A program made the translations under genes and the position numbers. This document shows, piece by piece, positions 53,647 through 63,291 of a stretch of DNA of 64,000 bases (positions are counted from its first letter, which is position 1; each line of letters opens with the position of its first letter). The stretch is from an uncultured Gammaproteobacteria bacterium (GTDB lineage Bacteria; Pseudomonadota; Gammaproteobacteria; UBA9214). The notes beneath the pieces were generated by a model. That model was not told the DNA's origin. It saw only the letters and a list, made by a program, of their open reading frames with translations, and made no database searches. The stretch lies in NCBI GenBank assembly GCA_963768415.1, contig CAVYHX010000031.1, positions 44,980 through 108,979 of the forward strand, in the 5' to 3' direction.

Positions 53647-53685
53647 GTAACAGAAAGCAGAGCAGTTCGTAACATAACGGTAACA
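53647..53685. promoter_or_regulatory. phased GTAACA direct repeats (11-bp spacing) about 110–140 bp upstream of pstS; speculative Pho-box-like site
   Basis: ctGTAACAgaaagcagagcagttcGTAACAtaacgGTAACAatc. It does not match the enterobacterial CTGTCAT consensus. Confidence 0.15.
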
Positions 53686-53791
53686 ATCAACAATTACAAT
53701 CTGGATCGGGAATAAGTACGTTCCGGTGTGCGCCAGATGCGCGGTCGGTCACCCGGAATTCCAGTGATCTGAACGGGAGTAATAAACTGTA

Positions 53792-54661
53792 ATGAAACTC
53801 AATCTGATTCTTGCAACATCCTTGCTGACAACCAGTTTACTGAGCATCACGCCTGCACAGGGGCGGGAACTCATCCAGAACAAGGGCTCCGATACCCTGG
53901 TCAATGTTGCCCAGGCCTGGGCCGAGACCTACCCGAAGGTGAATCCCGACGTGGCCGTCGCGGTCTCCGGGGGCGGCTCGGGCACCGGCATAGCCGCCAT
54001 GATCAACGGGACGGTCGATATCGCCAACGCCAGCCGCAGCATGAAGGACAAGGAAAAGAAACTGGCCGAGAAGAACGGGCAGAATCCGGTGGAACACGTG
54101 GTCGGTTATGATGCCCTGGCCGTATTCCTTCATAACAATAATCCCGTCACCTCCATGTCACTGGAACAATTGAAGGACATCTACGGACGCAATCCCAAGG
54201 TCACCAAGTGGTCGGACATGGGGATCACCGTGCCCGGCTGCAAGGACGAGATCGTGGTCGTGAGCCGGCAGAACAATTCCGGCACCTATGCCTATTTCCA
54301 GAAGGCCGTCCTCGGCAAGAAGGGTAAATACCGCCAGGGGACCCTGGATATGCACGGCTCCAAGGATGTCGTCGATCTGGTGGAGAAGACACCCTGCGCC
54401 ATTGGCTACAGCGGTCTGGCCTATGCCACAGACCATATCAAGATGGTCTGTATTGATGGCGGGGGTGCGGCCTGTGTCAACCCCAGCGTGAGCACGGCCA
54501 GTGACCGCAGCTATCCCATTGCCCGGCCGTTGTTCATGTACACCAACGGTGCACCGCAAGGTGCGATCAAGGATTATATGGACTGGATCCTGAGCGATGC
54601 CGGTCAGTGTATCTTGTCCAACAAGGGCTATGCCCCGGTACGCGATGTCTCGTGCGAATGA
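53792..54661 (+). CDS. pstS: phosphate ABC transporter substrate-binding protein PstS (short, about 290-aa type)
   Basis: Signal peptide plus PBP fold (…GSDTLVNVAQAWAETYPKVNPDVAVAVSGGGSGTGIAAMINGTVDIANASR…). Confidence 0.88.
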   Translation: MKLNLILATSLLTTSLLSITPAQGRELIQNKGSDTLVNVAQAWAETYPKVNPDVAVAVSGGGSGTGIAAMINGTVDIANASRSMKDKEKKLAEKNGQNPVEHVVGYDALAVFLHNNNPVTSMSLEQLKDIYGRNPKVTKWSDMGITVPGCKDEIVVVSRQNNSGTYAYFQKAVLGKKGKYRQGTLDMHGSKDVVDLVEKTPCAIGYSGLAYATDHIKMVCIDGGGAACVNPSVSTASDRSYPIARPLFMYTNGAPQGAIKDYMDWILSDAGQCILSNKGYAPVRDVSCE

Positions 54662-54813
54662 CACGCTATCGACACCGGCCAGGCTGGTAATCAACAGCAG
54701 TCGGACACCGGGAGGTTGACAGCGGTATCCCATGGACAAAAACTGTCCAGGGTGATATCGCTGCTGATACCCATCTTTCAATACCTGAAGGCATAATTGC
54801 AGGACGCTAGACA

Positions 54814-55899
54814 ATGAGCCACTATGAAGAACGCCTGGAACGGGACCTGAAGCGGATCCGCGAACGCATGGGAGAAATGACTGCCATGGCGGAGCGCGCG
54901 GTAAAAAATGCCATGCATGCCCTGCAGACCGGCAATAACAAACTTGCCGCGGCTACTGTCCTCGATGATCACCAGATCAACCGGACCATGCGCGAGATTG
55001 ACCAGTTATGTCACGGTTTCATTGCACTGCACCTGCCCAGCGCCGGTCACCTGCGCCTGCTGTCTTCGATTATCCGGGCCAATATCGAGCTGGAGCGCAT
55101 CGGGGACTACGCCGTCACCATTGCCAGGGAGGCATTGCAGTTCTCCACCCCGCCCAGCGGGCCGATGGCCCGTGAACTGGAACGTGTCAGCAGCGAGACA
55201 CAGCTCATGCTGCGTCAGTCCATCAGGGCACTCAATGATCTCAATGCGGAAATGGCACGCGGCACCATGGTCATGGAAGAGCAGATGGAGAATGATCTCG
55301 ATATCATTTATGCGGAACTGATGGCCAACGATGACCGGGATACCGTCAAGAATCTGCTTGCCATCTTTTCCGTGTTCACTCAGCTGAAGCGGGTCGCGGA
55401 CCAGGCCAAGAATATCTGCGAAGAAACAGTATTCGCCGCAACCGGGGACACCAAGGCACCCAAGGTCTACAATATCCTGTTCGTCGATGAAGACAACAGC
55501 TGCCTCAGCCAGATGGCCGTGGCCATTGCGCGCAAGAACTTCCCCGGCAGTGGCAACTACAGCAGCGGCGGTCGTCATCCCGCCAGTGCCCTGAACCCGT
55601 TATTGTCAGAATTCCTTGACAGCCATGGTGTCAGTCCTGGCGATGCCCGACCCGCGGCGATTGACATGACGCCGCTCGAACTGACCACACAGCATGTGAT
55701 TGTCAGCCTGCAAGGGCCGGTCAAGTCCTACTTCGAACAGGTCCCGTTCCACACCACGCCGCTGGAATGGGATATCGGCCCGGTCCCCGAGAGCGGTGAC
55801 GCCGCCGAAACCAGCAAGCGCATGGAAGAGATATACCGTGATATCGCCGTGCATGTCCGTGACCTGATAGTAGCACTGCGTGGCGAAGGAGCACCCTGA
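54814..55899 (+). CDS. phoU: PhoU-family regulator (two PhoU repeats) fused to a C-terminal LMW-PTP/ArsC-fold domain lacking the catalytic Cys and Arg
   Basis: aa 1–~215 hold two PhoU repeats (…ELERIGDYAVTIA…, …LKRVADQAKNICEE…). aa ~225–361 align to LMW-PTP, with ILFVDEDNSCLSQMAVAIAR in place of the V-C-x-G-N-x-C-R-S P-loop (first C replaced by D, R by L); the DPYY-region Asp is retained (…LEWDIGP…). Confidence 0.8.
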   Translation: MSHYEERLERDLKRIRERMGEMTAMAERAVKNAMHALQTGNNKLAAATVLDDHQINRTMREIDQLCHGFIALHLPSAGHLRLLSSIIRANIELERIGDYAVTIAREALQFSTPPSGPMARELERVSSETQLMLRQSIRALNDLNAEMARGTMVMEEQMENDLDIIYAELMANDDRDTVKNLLAIFSVFTQLKRVADQAKNICEETVFAATGDTKAPKVYNILFVDEDNSCLSQMAVAIARKNFPGSGNYSSGGRHPASALNPLLSEFLDSHGVSPGDARPAAIDMTPLELTTQHVIVSLQGPVKSYFEQVPFHTTPLEWDIGPVPESGDAAETSKRMEEIYRDIAVHVRDLIVALRGEGAP

Positions 55900-55919
55900 A
55901 ATGGAGGCCACCTCACCGA

Positions 55920-56835
55920 GTGCAAAGAGTCGCGACTACGGATTTCGATCGCCGCAATGCAGACTGGTATATCGACAAGCTGGTCCAGGTGCTGGTGTTC
56001 ATCGGCGGCATCTCGGCCATCATCTTCATCATCGGTATCTTTGTTTTCATTACCAAGGAAGGCCTGGGTTTTATCCTGGAACGCTTCGACCTCAAGGAAT
56101 TCTTCACCTCGCCCTACTGGTATCCTGCAGACGAAGATGATCCGGAATACGGGATCCTGGCCCTGATCGCAGGCACCGCCAGCGTGACCGGCCTGGCGAT
56201 GCTGGTGGCCATCCCGTTTTCACTGGGTGCAGCCATCTATGTGGCTGAATTTGCCACCGGGCAAGACGCGTGAATTTCTCAAGGTCCTGGTGGAACTGCT
56301 GGCAGCGATCCCCTCTGTCGTCTGGGGCTTCATCGGTCTCACCATCATGAACCCGCTGATCATCGAGGTATTCGATGTCCCCGTGGGACTGAATGTACTG
56401 AATGCCGGCATCATCCTCGGCCTGATGGCGGCACCCATCATGACATCCATTGCCGAGGATGCGCTCAAGGCCGTCCCTGACCGTTACCGGGAGGCTGCCG
56501 AGGCCATGGGCGCCACCCGCTGGCAGGTCATCTACAAGACCGTGCTGCCGGCGGCCAAGAACGGCCTGCTGGGTGCCGTGCTGCTGGGTGTTGGCCGCGG
56601 CTTCGGTGAAACCATGGCCGTGCTGATGGCAACCGGACACTCGATCAACATTCCCGGCAGCATATTCGATTCCGTGCGTGCCCTGACGGCCACGATCGCA
56701 GCGGAGCTTGGCGAGACTGCCGTCGGCTCCGATCACTACCAGGTATTGTTTACCATCGGCATCTTCCTGTTCGTGATCACATTCATTATCAACCTCACCG
56801 CCGACCTGGTCGTGCGTGGCGTACGCAAGGGATAA
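55920..56835 (+). CDS. pstC: phosphate ABC transporter permease PstC, with a +1 frame change near 56255
   Basis: ORF 55920..56273 ends …AIYVAEFATGQDA*. The next frame continues …KTREFLKVLVELLAAIPSVVWGF…EAAEAMGATRWQVIYKTVLPAA… (EAA loop). gggcaagacg versus the expected gggaagacg marks the inserted nucleotide. Confidence 0.85.
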
Positions 56836-56840
56836 CCCCC

Positions 56841-57710
56841 ATGTTCGAGACATCGGCACTGAATACAAAAAATGCGCGGGTCCAGGGCCTGTACAGGTTG
56901 CTTTTCATGGCAATGACAGGACTGCTGATATCGCCGGTTTTGATCATCCTGACAATGCTGGTTATCAAGGGCGGCTCGGTGATATCCATTGATTTCCTGT
57001 TCACCAGTCCGACAGACGGCATGACAGCGGGGGGTGTCTTCCCTGCCCTGTTCGGTACGGTCTGGCTGGTCGCAGTGGCACTGATTATATCTGTGCCCCT
57101 GGGGATCGCTGCGGCCATTTATCTCAGCGAGTATGCCGGCAACAACTGGTTTACCCGGATCATCAACCTGGCCATTATCAACCTGGCGGGCGTACCCTCC
57201 ATCGTACATGCCCTGTTCGGCGTGGGGGCCTTTGTCCTGTTTTTCGGTTTTGGCACCAGCATCCTGGCCGCCAGCCTCACCCTGGCGATCATGACCCTGC
57301 CGGTGGTGATCGTGGCGACACGCGAATCCCTGCAGGCGGTACCCTACGCCTTCCGGGAAGCCTGCTGGAACATGGGGGCGACACGCTGGCAAACCATCCG
57401 CAGGGTGGTGCTGCCGAATGCCATATCCGGCATCCTGACGGGTGTCATTCTCGAGGTGTCCCGCACCTCCGGTGAAACAGCGCCCATCATGTTCACCGGG
57501 GCCGTGTTTTTCACGCCGTTCCTGCCCCAGGGAATTTTCGACCAGACCATGGCCATGTCCCTGCACCTGTTCGTGGTCTCGACCCAGGTCCCCGGTGTAC
57601 CCGAAGACCTGCCCTACGGCGTCGCCCTGGTGCTGATTGCCATGGTCCTGCTGATGAACAGCATCTCCATCGCCTTTCGCACCTGGCTGCGCGGGAAAAA
57701 GAAATGGTAG
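56841..57710 (+). CDS. pstA: phosphate ABC transporter permease PstA
   Basis: 289 aa with the EAA-type loop (…REACWNMGATRWQTIRRVVLPNA…). Confidence 0.9.
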   Translation: MFETSALNTKNARVQGLYRLLFMAMTGLLISPVLIILTMLVIKGGSVISIDFLFTSPTDGMTAGGVFPALFGTVWLVAVALIISVPLGIAAAIYLSEYAGNNWFTRIINLAIINLAGVPSIVHALFGVGAFVLFFGFGTSILAASLTLAIMTLPVVIVATRESLQAVPYAFREACWNMGATRWQTIRRVVLPNAISGILTGVILEVSRTSGETAPIMFTGAVFFTPFLPQGIFDQTMAMSLHLFVVSTQVPGVPEDLPYGVALVLIAMVLLMNSISIAFRTWLRGKKKW

Positions 57711-58513
57711 CCACTGCAAACACGATAGCAGCCGCTCCGGTTGCGGCGCAGGACCAGGCCAGTGTCAAACTGGGGGTACGGGACCTGACCATCCGTTATG
57801 GCAACATACCCGCGCTGAGCAACGTCAGTCTGGATATACGGGAAAACGAAATATTCGGCATCATCGGCCCTGCCAATGCGGGCAAGACCTCGTTCCTGAA
57901 GACCCTGAACCGCATGGACATGTTCAACACCGACATGCAGACAGAGGGGGAAATCCTGTTCAACGGGCGCAATATCCGCAAGCTGAACAATGTCTATGCC
58001 CTGCGCTCGCGCATCGGGGTGGTGTTCCCCCTGCCGGTCGGCCTGCCGATGACCATCTATGACAATGTCGCCCTCGCCCCGCGCCTGTCCGGGCTGAAGA
58101 ACAAGACCGACCTCGACATCATCGTCGAGCGCTGCCTGACCCGCGCCGCGCTCTGGGACGAGGTCAAGGACCGGCTGAATTCACTCGGCAGCCTGCTTTC
58201 CGGCGGCCAGCAGCAACGCCTGACCATCGCCCGCGCCCTGTCACAGGAGCCGGAATTGCTCATGCTGGATGAGTTTTCCATTGCCGTTGACCCGGTGACC
58301 ACTATGCGTATCGAGGATGTCCTGAAGGAACTCAAGCAGGAAATGACCATCATCCTGGTCACCAACCTCGTGCAGCAGGCCCGGCGGCTGGCCTCCCGTA
58401 CGGCATTTTTCCTGGACGGGGAATGCGTGGAGATCGGTGAGACCGAGGATCTGTTCACCGGCGAGGTCAAGGACCAGCGCACCCGCGATTATGTCGAAGG
58501 CCGGTTCGGTTAA
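57704..58513 (+). CDS. pstB: phosphate ABC transporter ATP-binding protein PstB1 (intact LSGGQ, variant Walker A and Walker B, H-loop His replaced by Asn)
   Basis: Walker A GPANAGKTS, signature LSGGQQQRLTIARAL, Walker B LLMLDEFSIAVDP, H-loop region IILVTNLVQQA. Confidence 0.88.
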   Translation: MVATANTIAAAPVAAQDQASVKLGVRDLTIRYGNIPALSNVSLDIRENEIFGIIGPANAGKTSFLKTLNRMDMFNTDMQTEGEILFNGRNIRKLNNVYALRSRIGVVFPLPVGLPMTIYDNVALAPRLSGLKNKTDLDIIVERCLTRAALWDEVKDRLNSLGSLLSGGQQQRLTIARALSQEPELLMLDEFSIAVDPVTTMRIEDVLKELKQEMTIILVTNLVQQARRLASRTAFFLDGECVEIGETEDLFTGEVKDQRTRDYVEGRFG

Positions 58514-58541
58514 TAATCATTTCCGCCATGAGTAATTCAAT

Positions 58542-59342
58542 ATGAATGCAAGCGCTCAGACAATGAACGACACACCGGCGGAATTTGCCATCCAGGCCGG
58601 CAAGCTGAACCTCTGGTACGGTACATTCCAGGCGCTCTTCGATATCGACCTGGATATCAAGCGGGGCATAATCACCTCCATGATCGGCCCTTCAGGCTGC
58701 GGCAAATCCACTTTCCTGCGTAGCGTCAACCGCATCAACGAGCGGCTCGGCTATGTACGCATCGAGGGCACCATCGATGTCTTCGAGCATAATATCTATG
58801 ACCCGGCGGTGGAACTGGTACAGGTGCGCAAACAGGTCGGCATGGTATTCCAGCGCCCGAACCCACTGCCGATCTCCATCCGCGACAACGTCCTGTTTGG
58901 ATATAACCTGCATACAACGGGTAAACGGGTATCACGCAGTGACAAGGATGACATAGCCGAGGACGCGCTCAGGCAGGTTTTGCTGTGGGACAAGGTCAAG
59001 GACCGGCTGGATACGAAGGCAACAGAACTTTCCCTCGAGGAACAGCAGAAACTCTGTATTGCCCGGTTGTTACCGGTCAAGCCCGGGTTGTTACTGATGG
59101 ACGAACCCTGCTCGGCGCTCGATCCCAAGGGTACCGAGGCCGTGGAGGAACTGATCTGGGAATTACGCGGCAAGTATACAATCCTGATTGTGACCCATAA
59201 CATGGCCCAGGCAAGGCGTGCCAGCGAAGAATGTATATTCATGCTCATGGGCAAGGTCGTGGAACATACCGCGACCGAGGATATGTTTGTAACCCCTCAA
59301 CAACAGGAAACGGCAGACTACATCGAGGGGCGCTACGGTTAA
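58542..59342 (+). CDS. pstB: second PstB-type ATP-binding protein PstB2 (canonical Walker A, Walker B and H-loop; signature degenerated to LSLEEQQK)
   Basis: Walker A GPSGCGKST, Walker B LLLMDEPCSALDP, H-loop ILIVTHNMAQA, but ELSLEEQQKLCIARLL sits where LSGGQQQR is expected. Confidence 0.88.
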   Translation: MNASAQTMNDTPAEFAIQAGKLNLWYGTFQALFDIDLDIKRGIITSMIGPSGCGKSTFLRSVNRINERLGYVRIEGTIDVFEHNIYDPAVELVQVRKQVGMVFQRPNPLPISIRDNVLFGYNLHTTGKRVSRSDKDDIAEDALRQVLLWDKVKDRLDTKATELSLEEQQKLCIARLLPVKPGLLLMDEPCSALDPKGTEAVEELIWELRGKYTILIVTHNMAQARRASEECIFMLMGKVVEHTATEDMFVTPQQQETADYIEGRYG

Positions 59343-59527
59343 GCGCACACAGGCACGCGGGTTTCAGCAGCGCAACAGGGCGCGGCGTGACGATCGCAAG
59401 ACGTCAGCTCCGATCCACAAAGGCCGCGGTGTCACCATGAAACTGCGCTTCTGTATCGGGCGTTATAGATTCAGCAGCAGCCGGCTTTTTGTATCCTTAT
59501 TGATTACTCCTGTATCTTTCCACACTC

Positions 59528-60217
59528 ATGGCCAGCAGATTCTCGTCGTCGATGATGCCCCACCCATTCGCGAGATGGTACGACTGGCACTCAAGCGCGC
59601 CGGCTACGAGGTGCAGGAGGCCGGCAGCGTCCTTGAAGCCCGGGAAGCAATCAGCAGCTGCACCCCGACCTGATCCTGCTGGACTGGATGCTGCCGGGAC
59701 AGTCAGGATTCGATTTCGCCTGCGCCCTGCGCGCGGAGCCTGCTCACAGGAATATTCCGATTATCATGCTGACAGCACGCGGACAGGAAACGGACAGGGT
59801 AACCGCATTGAAAGCCGGCGCCGATGACTATGTATCGAAACCGTTTTCGATCAGCGAATTAATTGCCCGCATCGGCGCTGTGCTGAGGCGCACGGGTCAG
59901 CAAGGCTCCGGTAAACATCCTGGAGACGGGCAACCTGCGCCTGGACCCGGCAAGTCAGCGCGTCAGCATCGATGGCGCGCCCCTGGAACTGGCGCCAATG
60001 GAGTACCAGCTGCTGTTATTTCTCATGGGCCACCCCGAACGCGCCTATACCCGGCAGCAATTAATCGACCGGATATGGAACCATGGTACATTTGTGGAAG
60101 AGCGCACCGTCGATGTCCATATACGCCGGTTAAGGAAAATCACTCGAGCCAGGCGGTCTTGACCGCCTGATCCAGACGGTACGTGGCACCGGTTACCGCT
60201 TCTCGACACAGGCTTGA
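59528..60217 (+). pseudogene. phoB: phosphate regulon response regulator PhoB, broken by about 4 frame changes (pseudogene or low-quality sequence)
   Basis: PhoB-homologous segments sit in three frames: M-A-S-R | ILVVDDAPPIREMV…EAREAI | [20 protein letters not shown]…[43 protein letters not shown] | [36 protein letters not shown]…[10 protein letters not shown] | [24 protein letters not shown]. Breaks fall at about 59540, 59660, 59905 and 60155. Confidence 0.8.
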
Positions 60218-60410
60218 CCAGGGGGCAGGAAACAATGCCCGGGCAGATGGCGTACACGGTTCGACCGGCGCGCGTGCATAGACAGCACGGGTGCCGGCTA
60301 CCCGGATACAGTGATGTTTTCGTGCCTGCACTCCGCCTTTCCCGGGGCATTTACTAACAGGGGCCCATGTTGCCACGCACTCGAATTTATACCTGCTGCA
60401 GCCATCTTGC

Positions 60411-61790
60411 ATGCCTGCCACGCCCGTCCTGGCAGTCCCCGGCAATCCGGCAATGATGAACACCGAGACACCCGGCCACCAGCAGGAAGAATTACTGGTC
60501 TTCCTCGGCGTCCTGCTCGCGGCGGCTGCGGCAGGCATGCTGACAGGCTGGCTGCTGCCGTGCCTGTTGCTGGGACTACTGGGTTACCTGGGCTGGCATA
60601 TCTATCAGCTCGCCCGGCTGCCGCACCTGCTCAGGGAATCTGCAACATCCGGACTGACCCCATCCGCGGGAATGTGGAAAGCCGTATATGCCGAATTACA
60701 GAACCTGCACGGGGACTTTCGCCAGAGAGAACGCGACATGTCAGATTCCGTCGAGCGTTTCCGCAGCGCAGTTGCTGCCCTGCCTGATGCAGTCGTCATA
60801 CTGGACCGGCACGGGACAATCGAATGGTCCAATCCTGCGGCCGGATCACTGCTGGGAATCAACACAGGGGGCGGATCGAAACAGATCTTTTCAGCCCAGG
60901 TGAATGACCCGGTGCTGGATGAATACCTCACGACAGGAAAATTTACCGAACCCCTGGTATTTTCGGCGCCGGGAAATCGCAAAATAATCCTTTCGACGCT
61001 TGTTGTTCCGCTTGATAACGGGCGAAAAATGATCGTTGCAAGTGATATTTCCCACCAGTATCACCTCGACGAGATGAAACGGGACTTCGCGGCCAATGTT
61101 TCTCATGAACTACGCACCCCGCTGACGGTTATAACCGGCCTGCTTGAGCAACTGGAGGCAGGCGATATGGAGGAAGTTGACCGGGATCGCGCCATGGTTC
61201 TAATGCAGCAGCAGGCTATCCGCATGCGTGAACTGGTCTCCGACCTCCTGGCATTGACGCGACTGGAATCAAGGCCGCAATCATCCGCTGACGAGTATGT
61301 CCCGGTACCGGAGCTGCTCGCTGACATCGCCGCGGAAGCACGCAGCGTGAGCGGATCAGCCGGACATACAGTGCAACTGGAGATACAATCTCCGGACGGA
61401 TTGCACGGCAACAGGAAAGAACTGCGTACCGCCTTCTCAAACCTGGTTGTCAATGCAGTCCAGCACTCACCGCAGCGCACAGAAGTCCGGATTCGCTGGA
61501 TGGTCGATTCCGCCGGGGCACATCTCAGCGTTACCGATACCGGGGAAGGCATCGCTGCACGCCATATACCCCGCCTGACTGAACGCCTGTACCGTGTTGA
61601 TGCCAGCCGCTCGCGAGCAAGTGGTGGCACCGGCCTCGGGCTTGCCATCGTCAGGCACGTACTGGACCATCACAACGCCGAACTGGAAATTAACAGCGAG
61701 GTAGGGCGCGGCAGCACCTTCACCTGCCACTTCCCCGGTAAAAGAGTAAGCTCACCGGAAGCTGAGCGGGGCATTTCAGCGTCAGATTGA
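60411..61790 (+). CDS. phoR: phosphate regulon sensor histidine kinase PhoR
   Basis: TM N-terminus, PAS (…VVILDRHGTIEWSNPAA…), HisKA (FAANVSHELRTPLTVI) and HATPase_c; intact 459-aa ORF (start possibly 60453). Confidence 0.9.
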   Translation: MPATPVLAVPGNPAMMNTETPGHQQEELLVFLGVLLAAAAAGMLTGWLLPCLLLGLLGYLGWHIYQLARLPHLLRESATSGLTPSAGMWKAVYAELQNLHGDFRQRERDMSDSVERFRSAVAALPDAVVILDRHGTIEWSNPAAGSLLGINTGGGSKQIFSAQVNDPVLDEYLTTGKFTEPLVFSAPGNRKIILSTLVVPLDNGRKMIVASDISHQYHLDEMKRDFAANVSHELRTPLTVITGLLEQLEAGDMEEVDRDRAMVLMQQQAIRMRELVSDLLALTRLESRPQSSADEYVPVPELLADIAAEARSVSGSAGHTVQLEIQSPDGLHGNRKELRTAFSNLVVNAVQHSPQRTEVRIRWMVDSAGAHLSVTDTGEGIAARHIPRLTERLYRVDASRSRASGGTGLGLAIVRHVLDHHNAELEINSEVGRGSTFTCHFPGKRVSSPEAERGISASD

Positions 61791-61839
61791 AGTCACTGGT
61801 TACCGATCGAACACACACTTTATAACCCAATCAGCCTGT

Positions 61840-61870
61840 CCTGCACGTCCTTGTGCATCGTCCATGCAGG
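61840..61870. terminator. imperfect hairpin between convergent phoR and pitA (possible bidirectional terminator)
   Basis: cctgcacg…catgcagg arms with a nested tgcac…gtgca; weak, no clear T-tract. Confidence 0.2.
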
Positions 61871-61899
61871 CGGCGCTGTGACGACATTGCAGAACTTCC

Positions 61900-63165
61900 T
61901 CAGGTAAATATGCCTTTCAGGGTGAAGAAAAACAGCGCAGCGAGTGCAGCACCCACCGGCAGGGTAATAAACCAGGATAAAACAATACTGCCGATGACGC
62001 GCATATCGATCGCACCGACCCCGCGCGCAAGGCCGACACCGATAACAGCACCGACGGCGATATGTGTCGTGGATACCGGCAGTCCGGTACGTGATGCAAG
62101 CACGACAGTAGACGCCGCTGCCAGGGTCGCACAGTAACCCCTGCTCGGTGTGAGTTCGGTAATCCGGGTACCAATGGTCTGCATAACCCGGTAGCCCATG
62201 GTGGCGAGCCCGGTGACAATACCGACACCACCGAGGACCAGGATCCACAGGGGCAACGATGCTTTTTGCGCCACTTCGCCGCCCGATTGCACGATACTGA
62301 CCACGGCTGCGAGGGGACCGATCCCGTTGGCTACATCATTCGAGCCATGCGCGAAGGCCATGGCACAGGCGGTAAAGATCATCATCGGGGTGAATACTTT
62401 TTCCACACTGGCAAAGTGAAAGTCCCTGTCAGCCCCGGAATCTACCTGTATACGGTTAATGAGTAACCAGCCAATCCCGGCCACACCCAAACCGATCAGT
62501 ATCGCAGCCAGAAAACTCATGCCGGCGGACAGTTCGAGATTCAAATGCTTCAGGCCCTTGAACATGGTGACAAGGGAAATGATAAACCCGACCAGAAATA
62601 CATAGGCTGGCCCCCAGCGCTTGGCGCTCTGAAACGGATTTTCCGTGTTAAGTATCAGGCGCCTGATACTCATCATCAAAAAGAAAGCGATGAGCCCACC
62701 AAGCACGGGCGATACTACCCAACTGGCTGCAATCTGGCCGACTTTACCCCACTCTACCGCATCAACTCCGATACCTGCCATTGCAAACCCTATGATGGCA
62801 CCAACAATGGTATGCGTAGTCGACACCGGCCAGCCCCGCGCGGAGGCGATCATCAACCAGATACCCGCCGCCAGTAATGCGGCAAGCATGCCGAACACCA
62901 GTATCTCGGGATTATTGACGATAGATGATGGATCGATAATACCCTTGCGAATCGTCTTGGTAACATGCCCTCCGGCAATGAATGCACCGGCAAATTCAAA
63001 GATTGCGGCAATAATAATTGCATGTTTCACCGTGATGGCGCCGGAACCTACCGACGTCCCCATGGCATTTGCGACATCGTTGGCACCAATACCCCAGGTC
63101 ATATAAAGACCGAAGACAACTGCCAGCGCTATAAAGACATAGCCGTATGTAGTGATAATTTCCAT
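61900..63165 (-). CDS. pitA: inorganic phosphate transporter, PiT family
   Basis: 421 aa, MEIITTYGYVFIALAVVFGLYMTWGIGANDVANAMGTSVGSGAIT…, with duplicated PHO4 motifs (…GSNDVANGIGPLAAV…). Confidence 0.9.
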   Translation of the reverse strand: MEIITTYGYVFIALAVVFGLYMTWGIGANDVANAMGTSVGSGAITVKHAIIIAAIFEFAGAFIAGGHVTKTIRKGIIDPSSIVNNPEILVFGMLAALLAAGIWLMIASARGWPVSTTHTIVGAIIGFAMAGIGVDAVEWGKVGQIAASWVVSPVLGGLIAFFLMMSIRRLILNTENPFQSAKRWGPAYVFLVGFIISLVTMFKGLKHLNLELSAGMSFLAAILIGLGVAGIGWLLINRIQVDSGADRDFHFASVEKVFTPMMIFTACAMAFAHGSNDVANGIGPLAAVVSIVQSGGEVAQKASLPLWILVLGGVGIVTGLATMGYRVMQTIGTRITELTPSRGYCATLAAASTVVLASRTGLPVSTTHIAVGAVIGVGLARGVGAIDMRVIGSIVLSWFITLPVGAALAALFFFTLKGIFT

Positions 63166-63291
63166 TTACGAGCTCCGATATCAGTTCCTGACAACATTGA
63201 AATGTTCGTACTTGATACTTACTGCCACTGACATGCTGGAGCCCCCCCTGGCCTGCGGGTATCCGAACCGGCAGCATGTGGCATGCAGTCG

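Noticed and set aside
56104-57719. 254-aa and 327-aa − strand ORFs opposite pstC and pstA
   Set aside because: They are antisense to conserved permease genes with a His/Gly/Asp-rich low-complexity translation.
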